DNA of 29,014 nt, taken from an uncultured archaeon. Lineage in GTDB: Archaea > Iainarchaeota > Iainarchaeia > Iainarchaeales > CSSED10-239. The notes beneath the pieces were generated by a model. The model made no database searches, was not told where the DNA came from, and saw nothing but the letters and a program-made list of their open reading frames with translations. The DNA lies in contig CAZCAP010000003.1 of NCBI GenBank assembly GCA_964496765.1, positions 68,954 to 97,967 on the forward strand. Direction: 5' to 3'. Made by a program: the position numbers and the translations under genes. How positions within the stretch are numbered: the first letter of the stretch is position 1; each line of letters begins with the position of its first letter. Below are positions 8,259-17,951 of this stretch, one piece after another.

Positions 8259-9743
8259 ATGGTTGTTGCGTTTACAAAAATTGATAAGGATGTTTATGAA
8301 TACATTTCTAAAAAGAAAAATGTTGATTTTAATTTATTAATAACTGATTTAAACCTAGATTCAGATTCAATTAGAAGATCAATTGAATTTCTAAAATCTG
8401 AAGAAATAATCTCTGAGGATATTAAAAAAACAGATGGATATGAAATTTCTAGTCTTGGTGAAGACGCAATAATTGGTAATCTTCTGGAGGATGCCTTTTG
8501 CAAGTATCTTGCTGATAATGAAATTTTAGTGTCTGATCTAAAAAATTTAAAAATAAATAATCTATCAAACGAAGATATCTCTTTGGCGTTTGGGATTGCA
8601 AAAAGAAATAATTTAATTACCATTGAGAATGGTTTAATTAGACCTACTTCTGATTATAAGAGTAAAATAAACAACACCATTGATATACTTAAAAAAATTA
8701 AGTTTAATTTATCTGCAGATCCGAATTCTGTTGATTTGTCTGAATTTTTGAAAAGAAAATTAATTGTAAAAAAACAAATTATTCAAAAAACATATTCTTT
8801 CCTTAAAGAAATTAATTATAAAATTGATGATGATTACATTTTAGAATTAACTCCATCAATTATTAAATCAAAAAACTTTTCTGATCTTAAGTTTAAAGAA
8901 TATGATGTGGCTATTCTTCCATCTCCAAAGGAGATTGGGAGATATCATCCACTACGTGAAATAATAAATACAATTAAACAGATTTATATGGAAATGGGAT
9001 TCTTAGAAGTGAGAGGGCCCTATGTTGAAACATCTTTTTGGCCAATGGATTCTATGTTTATTTCTCAGGATCATCCAATGAGAGATGTGCAGGATACATT
9101 CTATCTCCCAATATCAGGAGACCTGCCTGATAAAAGATTAATTAAAAGAATTTCTGAAATGCACAATAATGGTGGCAAAACTGGTTCAATGGGACATAGG
9201 TATGTTTGGAAGGAAGATATTGCAGCTCAATTAGTTCTAAGACCACACACAACCGCTGTCACCTATAGAACATTTCATTCTCTTGAAAACAAGAATGAAG
9301 CAAAGTACTTTTGCGTTGGTAAGGTTTTTAGAAACGAAACATCTAACTCATCACACCTTCCTGAATTTCATCAGGCAGAGGGTTTTGTAATTGGAAAGGA
9401 TATTGGGCTTGCAGAGCTTATGGGATTCATTACTGAATTTTCTAGTCGTTTAGGACTTAAAAAAATTAAATTTAAACCAACTTTCAATCCCTATACAGAA
9501 CCAAGTGTTGAAGCATTTGCCTACTATGAAAATGAAAAAAGATGGATGGAGTTTATTAATGCTGGTGTTTTCAGACGTGAGGCACTTGAACCCTATAAAA
9601 TAAAAAATAATGTGATTGCTTGGGGACTAGGAGTTGAAAGAGTTGCTATGCTATTACACCAAAAATCTATAAAAGAAATATATGGTGATGAATGTAATCT
9701 TGATTGGCTTAGAACTTACAGGATTGCAAACAAAAAATTATAA
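8259..9743 (+). CDS. pheS: Phenylalanyl-tRNA synthetase alpha subunit
   Basis: HPLREIINTIKQIYMEMGF, GKVFRNETSNSSHLPEFHQAEGF, AWGLGVERVAMLL class II aaRS motifs; N-terminal winged-helix-like region. Confidence 0.95.
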   Translation: MVVAFTKIDKDVYEYISKKKNVDFNLLITDLNLDSDSIRRSIEFLKSEEIISEDIKKTDGYEISSLGEDAIIGNLLEDAFCKYLADNEILVSDLKNLKINNLSNEDISLAFGIAKRNNLITIENGLIRPTSDYKSKINNTIDILKKIKFNLSADPNSVDLSEFLKRKLIVKKQIIQKTYSFLKEINYKIDDDYILELTPSIIKSKNFSDLKFKEYDVAILPSPKEIGRYHPLREIINTIKQIYMEMGFLEVRGPYVETSFWPMDSMFISQDHPMRDVQDTFYLPISGDLPDKRLIKRISEMHNNGGKTGSMGHRYVWKEDIAAQLVLRPHTTAVTYRTFHSLENKNEAKYFCVGKVFRNETSNSSHLPEFHQAEGFVIGKDIGLAELMGFITEFSSRLGLKKIKFKPTFNPYTEPSVEAFAYYENEKRWMEFINAGVFRREALEPYKIKNNVIAWGLGVERVAMLLHQKSIKEIYGDECNLDWLRTYRIANKKL

Positions 9744-9758
9744 TTAAATTGATTGACT

Positions 9759-11411
9759 ATGGCAAATTTAGAAATTAGTTTTGAAACTATTAAAAAAGAA
9801 ATTAAAAAAAATGACATCACACTTGAACAATTGTCAGATATTCTTTTTGATTTTGGTCTAGAGATTGATTCCTATGATAAAGATACTGATGAAGTGAAGA
9901 TTGAAATTACGGCAGAAAGAATTGATCTATTATCTGTCCAAGGTTTTCTTCGTTCATTAAAAGCCTATCTTTCTATTCAAGATTGTCCCATCTACTGTGC
10001 AAAGGATTCTGGGTCGGAAGTTAATGTGGATGCTAGTGCTAGAGAATATGGTAATTATACAGTGTGTGCAATTGTTAAAAATCTAAACTTGACAGATGAA
10101 AAAATAAAAGAAATAATTAATATCCAAGAAAAATTACATTTAACCTATTGTAGAAAACGAAAATCAGCAGCAATTGGAGTTTATCCTCTTGAAAAAATAA
10201 AATTCCCAATAACCTTCCTAGCTGAAGAACCAAAGAAAATTAAATTTATTCCATTGGGAGAAACAAAAGAACTAACCGGGGAGCAAATATTAATTGAACA
10301 TGAAACCGGAAAAGAATATGCTTATCTTATTTCTGGAAAAAAGAAATACCTTATTTTTATGGATTCTAATGATCAGGTATTATCAATGCCACCAATAATC
10401 AATTCCGAAAGCACTGGTAGAATCACTGAAAATACTAAAGATGTATTCATTGAATGTACTGGTCAAAACCTAATTAAGCTTAAATATCTTCTTTCAATCA
10501 TAACTACAGTATTCAAGGACCTCGGAGGAGAAGTTTATTCTCTTAATATAAATTACCCTGATGGAACTAAGATGATTGCTCCTGATTTTATTTATGACAA
10601 AAAAACAATTTCTATAAAAGACGCAAATAAAATTCTTGGAACAGAAATAACTACTGAGGGGTCAATAGATTTACTAAAGAAAATGAGCTATCAAGCTAAG
10701 GTTATTGATAAAGATAAAGTTGAGGTGTTAGTTCCTCCATTTAGATCAGATGTTTTACATGACTATGATGTGTTTGATGATCTTGCAAGAGCCTATGGAT
10801 TCTCAAACATAAAACTAAAAACCCCACACATCTGTACGATTGGTGGGCTTGATGAAACCACAGAAAAACAAGATAATATAATTAAACTAATGGTTGGAAT
10901 GAGACTTTGTGAGGTTATGCCTCTAACTCTGTCCTCAAATAAGCAATCCTTTGAAAATTTCAATCTTTCAGGAAACAATTATATTGATTTAGGTTTTTCT
11001 GCAGATTTTAGTTTAAATATAGTTTCAAATTGGTTGATTCCTAAATTATTTGTGGTTCTTTCTAATAATCAACATAGAAGTTATCCTCAACAAATATTTG
11101 CATGTGATGAGGTTGTTATATTTGACAGGGCTTTGGAAACCAGATCTAAGAATGTTTTGCACACAGCATGTTTGATTGCAAACACAACTGTTACTTTCAC
11201 TGAGGTTTCAAGCATACTTCTTACTCTTTGCAATTCATTGGGAAAGGAACTTAAGCTTGAGAAAGATAATTTTCCATATTATATTAAAGGAAGATCCGCA
11301 AAAGTAATTATTGATGGAAAGAATGTAGGGACAATAGGAGAATTCAATCCTGATGTACTTACAAAGAACAATTATTCCATGCCTGTTGCTGGATTTGAGA
11401 TAGAAATATAA
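9759..11411 (+). CDS. pheT: Phenylalanyl-tRNA synthetase beta subunit
   Basis: Archaeal-length PheT with LEISFETIKKE, DFGLEID, TAERIDLLSVQGFLRSLKAYL, VLVPPFRSDVLHDYDVFDDLARAYGF. Track start 9753 is TTG; ATG at 9759. Confidence 0.93.
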   Translation: MANLEISFETIKKEIKKNDITLEQLSDILFDFGLEIDSYDKDTDEVKIEITAERIDLLSVQGFLRSLKAYLSIQDCPIYCAKDSGSEVNVDASAREYGNYTVCAIVKNLNLTDEKIKEIINIQEKLHLTYCRKRKSAAIGVYPLEKIKFPITFLAEEPKKIKFIPLGETKELTGEQILIEHETGKEYAYLISGKKKYLIFMDSNDQVLSMPPIINSESTGRITENTKDVFIECTGQNLIKLKYLLSIITTVFKDLGGEVYSLNINYPDGTKMIAPDFIYDKKTISIKDANKILGTEITTEGSIDLLKKMSYQAKVIDKDKVEVLVPPFRSDVLHDYDVFDDLARAYGFSNIKLKTPHICTIGGLDETTEKQDNIIKLMVGMRLCEVMPLTLSSNKQSFENFNLSGNNYIDLGFSADFSLNIVSNWLIPKLFVVLSNNQHRSYPQQIFACDEVVIFDRALETRSKNVLHTACLIANTTVTFTEVSSILLTLCNSLGKELKLEKDNFPYYIKGRSAKVIIDGKNVGTIGEFNPDVLTKNNYSMPVAGFEIEI

Positions 11412-11436
11412 ACTTTTTTCTGCATTATATATTTAT

Positions 11437-11577
11437 GATTAACAGCTTAATTATAACTGAAAATAAAAATATACTTTTTTCTTTAATTTATTCAGTTATT
11501 AGTATGTCTCCTATGCAAATGCGTTTGCATCTGTCATAGAATTTCTAATAGTTCATTCTAGACTGATGCTGTTAACT
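11437..11577 (+). ncRNA. Candidate structured RNA or long structured leader between pheT and metG
   Basis: Closing stem TTAACAGC (11439-11446)/GCTGTTAA (11568-11575), stem ATAACTGA (11453-11460)/TCAGTTAT (11492-11499), hairpin ATGCAAA-tgcg-TTTGCAT (11513-11530). Identity unknown; strand assumed. Confidence 0.35.
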
Positions 11578-11592
11578 AAATTTTTAAAACTA

Positions 11593-11601
11593 TTTATAAA
11601 T
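11593..11601 (+). promoter_or_regulatory. TATA-box-like element upstream of metG
   Basis: TTTATAAAT about 45 nt upstream of the metG ATG. Confidence 0.35.
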
Positions 11602-11643
11602 TTAAGGATATACTATATAATAGGATAAAGAGAGTGATAATTA

Positions 11644-13251
11644 ATGAAAAAAATAAGAATAATTACATCAGCATTACCTTTTGCAAACAATGTTCCACAT
11701 CTGGGGCATTTGCTTGGAAGCCATCTTCCAGCAGACATATTTGCAAGATATTCTAGGCTCATAGGCCATGAAACCTATTTTGTTGGAGGAACTGATGAAA
11801 ATGGAGCAGCAACAGAGTTTGCTGCATTTAAAGAAGGATTAACCCCTCAACAGATTTGTGATAAATACTTTGAAATACATAAGGATCTTTATGACAAGTT
11901 CAATATCAGTTATGATAATTTTTCTAGAACCTCAAAAAAAATACATCATGAACTAGTTCAAGAGCTTTTTTTAAACTTGTACAATAATAAATTCATTACT
12001 GAAAAAACAATTAAACAAGCTTATTGTAATGATTGTAAAAAAGGATTAGCAGACAGGTTCATTAAAGGAACCTGTCCCCATTGTGGATTTGAAAGAGCAG
12101 ATGGAGATCAATGCGAATCCTGTGGAACAGTTCTTAATCCCATTGAACTTAAAGATCCGAACTGTGCAATTTGTTTGAAAAAAGAAATTTCATTTATTGA
12201 TACTAAACACCTTTTTTTAAAAATAGATTCTGCAATTCTAGAAATAGATAAATGGATCAATAATAATGATTATTTAAGGTTTTGGGTGAAATCACTTGCT
12301 AACAGTTGGATAAAGAAAGGAATTGAAGAAAGATGTATAACTAGGGATCTTTCCTGGGGTGTAAAAATACCAATAGATGGCTATGAAACAAAAGTATTTT
12401 ATGTGTGGTTTGATAACACAATTGGCTATGTTTCATCAACCGCTGATTTGCTTGGTAAAGAAAAAGCACTTTCTCTATGGGAAAATAAAGACGTTGAAAA
12501 TTTTTATTTTGTTGGTAAAGATAATATCCCGTTTCATACCATCTTTTGGCCAGGAGCAATAATCGGAGACAAAAGATTCCATCTTCCCACAACAGTTTCT
12601 GGATATCAATTTCTAAATTTCGAAGGAGAAAAGTTTTCAAAAAGCAAAGGGATAGGCATTTTCCTTGATAAAGCAATCGCCTCTAATATTCCTATTGATT
12701 ATTGGAGATTTTATCTTACCTACATATTAACAGAAACAAGAGACACTGATTTTTTAATTGATGATTTCAAGGACAGAATAAACAAAGAGTTGATTGGGAA
12801 TTTAGGAAACTACGTAAATAGGGTTCTAAATTTTATATATACTAAATGTGATTCAAATATTCCTGAAATTAAGCAAAGAGATGAAAAACTGGAATCAGAA
12901 ATTAATGTTTTTGTTAAACAAATAACAACCAATTATGAAAAACTTGAAATTAGGCAAGCATTGTATGACATTCTTAAGTTATCAGATCTTGGAAATCGTT
13001 ATTTAAATGAAAAAGAACCATGGAAATCAGGAGATTTAACATCACTTGCCTATAGCACAGAAATAATTAGATTGCTTGCAATATTAATCTCTCCAATTAT
13101 TCCAGAATCAACAGATAAAATATTTGAATATTTAAACACAAATAATAAATCATTTGATTTAATACTGGAAACCAGAAAAATAAACAAACCAGAGATTTTA
13201 TTCAAGAGATTAGAAGATGAGGATATTGAAAAATTCAAGATAAAAAAATAG
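11644..13251 (+). CDS. metG: Methionyl-tRNA synthetase
   Basis: ITSALPFANNVPHLGHLLGSHLPADIFAR, zinc-binding CNDC/CPHC/CESC/CAIC, VGKDNIPFHTIFWP, EGEKFSKSKGIGIF (KMSKS-type). Confidence 0.96.
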   Translation: MKKIRIITSALPFANNVPHLGHLLGSHLPADIFARYSRLIGHETYFVGGTDENGAATEFAAFKEGLTPQQICDKYFEIHKDLYDKFNISYDNFSRTSKKIHHELVQELFLNLYNNKFITEKTIKQAYCNDCKKGLADRFIKGTCPHCGFERADGDQCESCGTVLNPIELKDPNCAICLKKEISFIDTKHLFLKIDSAILEIDKWINNNDYLRFWVKSLANSWIKKGIEERCITRDLSWGVKIPIDGYETKVFYVWFDNTIGYVSSTADLLGKEKALSLWENKDVENFYFVGKDNIPFHTIFWPGAIIGDKRFHLPTTVSGYQFLNFEGEKFSKSKGIGIFLDKAIASNIPIDYWRFYLTYILTETRDTDFLIDDFKDRINKELIGNLGNYVNRVLNFIYTKCDSNIPEIKQRDEKLESEINVFVKQITTNYEKLEIRQALYDILKLSDLGNRYLNEKEPWKSGDLTSLAYSTEIIRLLAILISPIIPESTDKIFEYLNTNNKSFDLILETRKINKPEILFKRLEDEDIEKFKIKK

Positions 13252-13256
13252 GTTGC

Positions 13257-14138
13257 TTATAATCTTCTAAGATAGTGGAATCCAGATTTTCTGGATCCAA
13301 TTTTTTTATACCCTGTTGCCTTGTATGCTGCTTTATGCATTCCTGTTCCATTCGTGATTATCTGTTGCCTTTCTTCTTCGATTATTTTTTTAGTTTTCTC
13401 TGTATTATCAAATACATTGAATATAGACAATTTTTCTTTCTTTATTAATCTTCCTAGTATAATATTTTTATGTGGATTTTTATATCCGTGATGAAACTTT
13501 GGATCCAGTGCAATCGTTTGTTCTTTACCAGGGAATGCTTCTTGAATACATCCTATTATTAGATTTAAAAATGGGGTTTTGTGTTTCTTAGATAAATAAG
13601 TTATTTTTTCTTTGTTTTTGCCTTGCATGTTCCCAATTATGATTGATGGTTCTTTGTTTTTATTAAAATATAAATCAAAATTAAATATTGCAACATTATT
13701 GGCGTGTCCCATTTTTATATCATTAATATTAAATATTTTTAAATTCAAAGTAAATGGAGCATCTCCCATGGGATATAAGTAGGCTTTAATTCCTTTTTTT
13801 TTAAATGTTCTATCTAATTGTTCAAAGGAATCAATAAATGTTTCCATTATTGTTGATTTTACTTTTTTACTATTGTTTATGGAAAATTTTATTTTTTTGT
13901 ATTTATATATTTGATGTCCAGCATGTGTATGCCCAAGCTCATTCCAAAGGAAGCTTAAATTATCATCCCTATTAGAAGAAGGTAATAATATTTTGTGATA
14001 TCTTTGAAATAGTTCTATTTTCTTAATTGATATTGGTTTATTTTGTTGTCCAATAAATGAGCCTATATTTGATGGATTTACATTTAATTTCAAAAGGATT
14101 TGTTTTGCTTTTTCATAAGAAATAGTATTTACGACCAT
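13257..14138 (-). CDS. Hypothetical protein, possibly distant VirK/YbjX (DUF535)-like
   Basis: 293-aa ORF; pattern PSIIIGNMQGKNKEKITYLSKKH... followed by HHGYKNP... and a C-terminal ...MHKAAYKATGYKKIG is weakly reminiscent of DUF535 layout. Assignment by eye only. Confidence 0.5.
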   Translation of the reverse strand: MVVNTISYEKAKQILLKLNVNPSNIGSFIGQQNKPISIKKIELFQRYHKILLPSSNRDDNLSFLWNELGHTHAGHQIYKYKKIKFSINNSKKVKSTIMETFIDSFEQLDRTFKKKGIKAYLYPMGDAPFTLNLKIFNINDIKMGHANNVAIFNFDLYFNKNKEPSIIIGNMQGKNKEKITYLSKKHKTPFLNLIIGCIQEAFPGKEQTIALDPKFHHGYKNPHKNIILGRLIKKEKLSIFNVFDNTEKTKKIIEEERQQIITNGTGMHKAAYKATGYKKIGSRKSGFHYLRRL

Positions 14139-14180
14139 AATCCCTCAGGAATTTAAAACTATGTTATTTAAAAAAAAGAT

Positions 14181-14576
14181 TTAATTCTTCTTTCTTATAA
14201 TTCTAACATTGTCTCCGCCTTTAATGTATTCAACTTCGTCTCCAGATGCTAGATTAGTAAATTCTCTTTTTTCAACCTCAAAGGTCTGGTAATCAGAAAT
14301 ATCCATCATTTGATATTTTTCACCAAGATCAGCAATAATTTGTCCATTTCCTTTATCAAGTATTGGAACTTCTGTGTCTGTTTGTGTCCCTTTTAAAAAA
14401 TTCATTTTTTTATCATTAAAAACCCCTGTTGCAACCATTCTTGCTTTTGCTGCACCATGCTTTCCTGGTTTTGATTTATCAATTGAATCTATCTTACAAA
14501 CAACACCATCAATAAGGATATATTGTCCTTCCTTTATTCTTCCAACCTGTTCGAATTTTATTTGTACTTCTGCCAT
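14181..14576 (-). CDS. Translation initiation factor 5A (aIF5A)
   Basis: EGQYILIDGVVCKIDSIDKSKPGKHGAAKARMVATGVF with the hypusine lysine context PGKHG. Preceded by GGTGAG. Confidence 0.95.
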   Translation of the reverse strand: MAEVQIKFEQVGRIKEGQYILIDGVVCKIDSIDKSKPGKHGAAKARMVATGVFNDKKMNFLKGTQTDTEVPILDKGNGQIIADLGEKYQMMDISDYQTFEVEKREFTNLASGDEVEYIKGGDNVRIIRKKN

Positions 14577-14770
14577 GTTTACTCACCATTATTTAAATTT
14601 TTAATATAAATTAGTAATTATTTACTATATATTAAGGGTAAGTAGTAATTAAAAAGCTTTTCTTGCTTGAATATTCTTAAAAAATAAAGATTTAATTACA
14701 TAAATTTAATTTATAAACCTTATGGTAATATATAATATAGTTAATTTTACTTAAATTTAGGTGAATTTAT

Positions 14771-15418
14771 ATGGTTATGAAGAAAAAGAACTTAGTTGAT
14801 GATGAAAAGGATATTGCACGCATATCTCCAAAAAAATTAATACATAGATTTTATAACAAAGTCAATGTTAAAACTGCTGCTTTGATAATCTTTATTTCTG
14901 TTTTAATTGAAATGATAATCATGGCAATTGTTGGAGTAAAAAAAATTGGTATTTACTTTCTAATTAGTTTAGCAAATTCTTTTATTGTTTGGTGGTTGTT
15001 TATAGGAGTGATTCTATTCCTAATCATGTATTTCATAAGAGGAAGCTATAAGGTTAAACCCTATGATTTTAATCGTGTTCTTTCTGGTTTAGCTTCATTT
15101 AAGATTATAACCATTATTTCCATGCTTGTTGCAACAATAATTACATTAATCTTTATACCAAAAGTAATTCCTTTCATTAAACTTGTTTTTGCAAACCCAG
15201 CACTTGCCTATAGTGCAACTGCTCTTCCAATCATAGGAGTTTGGGGAATGATAGGAGTTGTATTATTAATTATTCTTGCTATTTGGGTTGTTGTTTATTA
15301 CATAGCAATGTTCTATCATCTAATGGGTGAGATGTTTCAAACACAGAAAGCTGGATTTAAGATATTAATGCTTGTGATCTTTGTGATAGTTGCTGTTCTT
15401 TTGCAACTATTGTTTTGA
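14771..15418 (+). CDS. Yip1-domain-like polytopic membrane protein
   Basis: Five hydrophobic segments, ~215 aa, with the typical archaeal Yip1 layout. Preceded by GGTGA. Confidence 0.55.
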   Translation: MVMKKKNLVDDEKDIARISPKKLIHRFYNKVNVKTAALIIFISVLIEMIIMAIVGVKKIGIYFLISLANSFIVWWLFIGVILFLIMYFIRGSYKVKPYDFNRVLSGLASFKIITIISMLVATIITLIFIPKVIPFIKLVFANPALAYSATALPIIGVWGMIGVVLLIILAIWVVVYYIAMFYHLMGEMFQTQKAGFKILMLVIFVIVAVLLQLLF

Positions 15419-15468
15419 TTTTCCTTCTTTCACTTCTTTTTTAAAATCTTACTCTTCTATATATATCT

Positions 15469-17901
15469 ATGACTAGTTATACTCTTAAACACAAAACTGG
15501 TGTTCTAATTGATGCATACTATAGGGATGGAATAAACCTAGTTATAAGAGATATTGAAACTAATGAAAAAAAAGATTATTTTTTTGATTTTTTACCTTAT
15601 TTTTATTTAAAAACAAATAAGGAACTAGATGTAAATGAAATAAATTCTTTACATGATGCCCTTAAAGGAATAAGTGAGATAATTAAAACTGAAAAGGAAA
15701 ACTCAAAAAACATCTATAAAATTTTGTTTATTGATGTTGAATCTCTTATTTCATCAAGAGAGTATTTACAAAAAAATGAAGTTAATCTATCATTTTCATT
15801 CTCATTATATGAATACGATATTCCTTTTATCCAAAGATTCTTTGTGGATAATAATTTATCTACTTTTAAAAAAATTAAATATAATCTTGATGAGAAAGAA
15901 AGGAAAGTGCTATCCTTTGAGGTTCTTGATGATTTTCTCCCTGATAATCTTTCCTACGTAACAATTGATTTGGAGGTGCTACCTCCTAATTCAGGAGTAT
16001 TTCCTGTTCCTGAAAATGATCCCATCATTTCAATTTCTGTTATTGGAAATAGAATAGGAAAGAATATCTTTTTCTTTGGAAATGGAGAGCTAAAAGAACC
16101 ATTAGCTATTCAAGATATTAATATAAGTTATTTTACTAATGAAATAAAGATGCTTGATTCATTAATTTCTTTTTTAAAAGATAAAGATCCTGATATCCTC
16201 TGGACCTATAATGGGGATGGGTTTGATTTGGAATATCTCGTGAAAAGATATAAAACTTTAAAATTAGAAGAATTTAAATTTGGGAAAAGGGATATTATTT
16301 TTCGTAGAGGTAGAAGTAAGATTGCCTCTATTTCAGGAACAGTTCATCTTGATGTTTATGTTTTAATTAAATTATTAAACTATCTACAGGTTTTTAATTA
16401 TTCTAAGTTTGATTTAAATACAATCTACACTCAAATTACTGGAAAGCCTAAGCTCAAGTTGCCTCCCAAGGAAATGATTCAAGCCTATGAGGATAGAGCT
16501 TATGAAAAAATAATCACCTATAATCAGGATGATACAATTGCGACAGAAGAATTAGGAGTATCCTACTATGCTCTCGTTTATGAGGTAGCTAAATTAATTT
16601 ACGTTCCTGTGTTTGATGTTCTAAGATCATCAGCAGGAGCTTTAGTTGAAAAATGGTTTATTAGTTATTACACGAAAAACAATTTATTAATTCCAAACAA
16701 GCCAACTGAAAATGAGATTTCAGAAAGAGTAAGACACACCTTTGAGGGTGCATTTGTTCAACCACCCTTACCAGGGCTTCATAAAAACATTGCAGTTGTG
16801 GATTTTAGAAGTTATCATATTTCTCTTATTATTACCTATAACATAAGTCCAGAAACCATTGATCTTCCTTTTTCAGATAAACCAGAAAAAACTGAAATAC
16901 TTGGACACTTTATATCCACTTCTCCTCCTGGCTTTGTTCCTACTCTTTTATCCAGTCTCCTAACTATGAGAATTAAGGTTAAGAATGAAATGAAAAAGCT
17001 TACAAAGGGAACTCAGGAATACAAGAGATTTTATGCTCAACAATATGCCCTTAAGATTCTTCTTGCATCCACCTATGGATATATGGGTTTTTCAGGAGCA
17101 AGATGGTATTGTAAGAATTGTTTAACAATCATGTATCATCTGGTTAGAACAAAAATACAGGAAACAATAAAAGTTTTCGAAGATAAAGGCTACACCGTAA
17201 TCTATGGTGATACTGATTCTTGTTTTATTCAATATACTTCTGAAGCAAAATTAAAAGATGATTTAATTGAAATAAATGATCTTCTTCCAAAATCAATGGC
17301 TCTGGAGCTTGAAGATCTATTCAAGACAGGAATATTTGTGCTTGCAAGATCTGAAAAGAAAGCAGCTAAAAAGAAATATGCTCTTCTTGATTTTAAAGGG
17401 AACCTTAAGATTAAGGGATTTGAATTCGTACGAAGGGACTGGTGTCCTCTGGTTAAGGAAACACAAAAAGCTGTTCTTTCAATGGTTCTGGAGGATGAAA
17501 ACCCAAAAAAAGCAATATCTTTTGTTAAAGAAGTTCTTCTTGAATTGCAAATGCGAAAGATTCCAAACAAAAAGTTAATTATTCAATCCTTTGTTCATAA
17601 GAAACTTGGAAGCTATAAAACCTTAAATCCAGCAATGTCTGCTCTTATTGATGCAAAAAAGGAAGGTAGACAAATAACAACAGGGAATGTTATTGAATTT
17701 ATAATCACAAACAAGCAAGGTAAAACCATTTCTGAAAAATCTAAATTTGCAGAGTTTGTAAAAGAAGGGGATTATGATATTGATTATTACATAAACAATC
17801 AATTAATTCCTGCCATTTATCCAATACTTGAGGTGTTTGGAATAAGCGGAGATGAGCTTCTTACTGGTAAGAAACAAAACAATTTAGGAGCTTATTTTTA
17901 A
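15469..17901 (+). CDS. polB: Family B DNA polymerase with atypical motifs A and B
   Basis: Exo motifs TIDLEVLP, YNGDGFDLEYL, YNQDDTIATEEL; Pol motif A DFRSYHISLIITYNISPET, motif B KILLASTYGYMG, ARWYCKNC, motif C YGDTDSCFIQ; C-terminal PIP box QNNLGAYF. Confidence 0.94.
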   Translation: MTSYTLKHKTGVLIDAYYRDGINLVIRDIETNEKKDYFFDFLPYFYLKTNKELDVNEINSLHDALKGISEIIKTEKENSKNIYKILFIDVESLISSREYLQKNEVNLSFSFSLYEYDIPFIQRFFVDNNLSTFKKIKYNLDEKERKVLSFEVLDDFLPDNLSYVTIDLEVLPPNSGVFPVPENDPIISISVIGNRIGKNIFFFGNGELKEPLAIQDINISYFTNEIKMLDSLISFLKDKDPDILWTYNGDGFDLEYLVKRYKTLKLEEFKFGKRDIIFRRGRSKIASISGTVHLDVYVLIKLLNYLQVFNYSKFDLNTIYTQITGKPKLKLPPKEMIQAYEDRAYEKIITYNQDDTIATEELGVSYYALVYEVAKLIYVPVFDVLRSSAGALVEKWFISYYTKNNLLIPNKPTENEISERVRHTFEGAFVQPPLPGLHKNIAVVDFRSYHISLIITYNISPETIDLPFSDKPEKTEILGHFISTSPPGFVPTLLSSLLTMRIKVKNEMKKLTKGTQEYKRFYAQQYALKILLASTYGYMGFSGARWYCKNCLTIMYHLVRTKIQETIKVFEDKGYTVIYGDTDSCFIQYTSEAKLKDDLIEINDLLPKSMALELEDLFKTGIFVLARSEKKAAKKKYALLDFKGNLKIKGFEFVRRDWCPLVKETQKAVLSMVLEDENPKKAISFVKEVLLELQMRKIPNKKLIIQSFVHKKLGSYKTLNPAMSALIDAKKEGRQITTGNVIEFIITNKQGKTISEKSKFAEFVKEGDYDIDYYINNQLIPAIYPILEVFGISGDELLTGKKQNNLGAYF

Positions 17902-17951
17902 TCTTTTTTTGTTTTATATTTTTTAAATATACAAAAAGGTATGTGTGAATT

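Noticed and set aside
11435-11460. Possible C/D box guide RNA (ATGATTA ... CTGA)
   Set aside because: Box C is imperfect and no C'/D' pair occurs at the expected spacing; kept only as an unspecified structured region.
12341-12676. Out-of-frame ORFs inside metG
   Set aside because: metG is intact with all expected motifs; these look like alternative-frame noise.
14577-14770. Long AT-rich gap between aIF5A and the Yip1-like gene as a possible RNA gene
   Set aside because: No sustained complementary arms seen; explained adequately as a divergent promoter region.
15469-17901. PolB as an inactivated paralog (PolB2-like)
   Set aside because: The motif A Asp, motif C YGDTDS and exonuclease acidic residues are present and the ORF is full length, arguing against simple decay.
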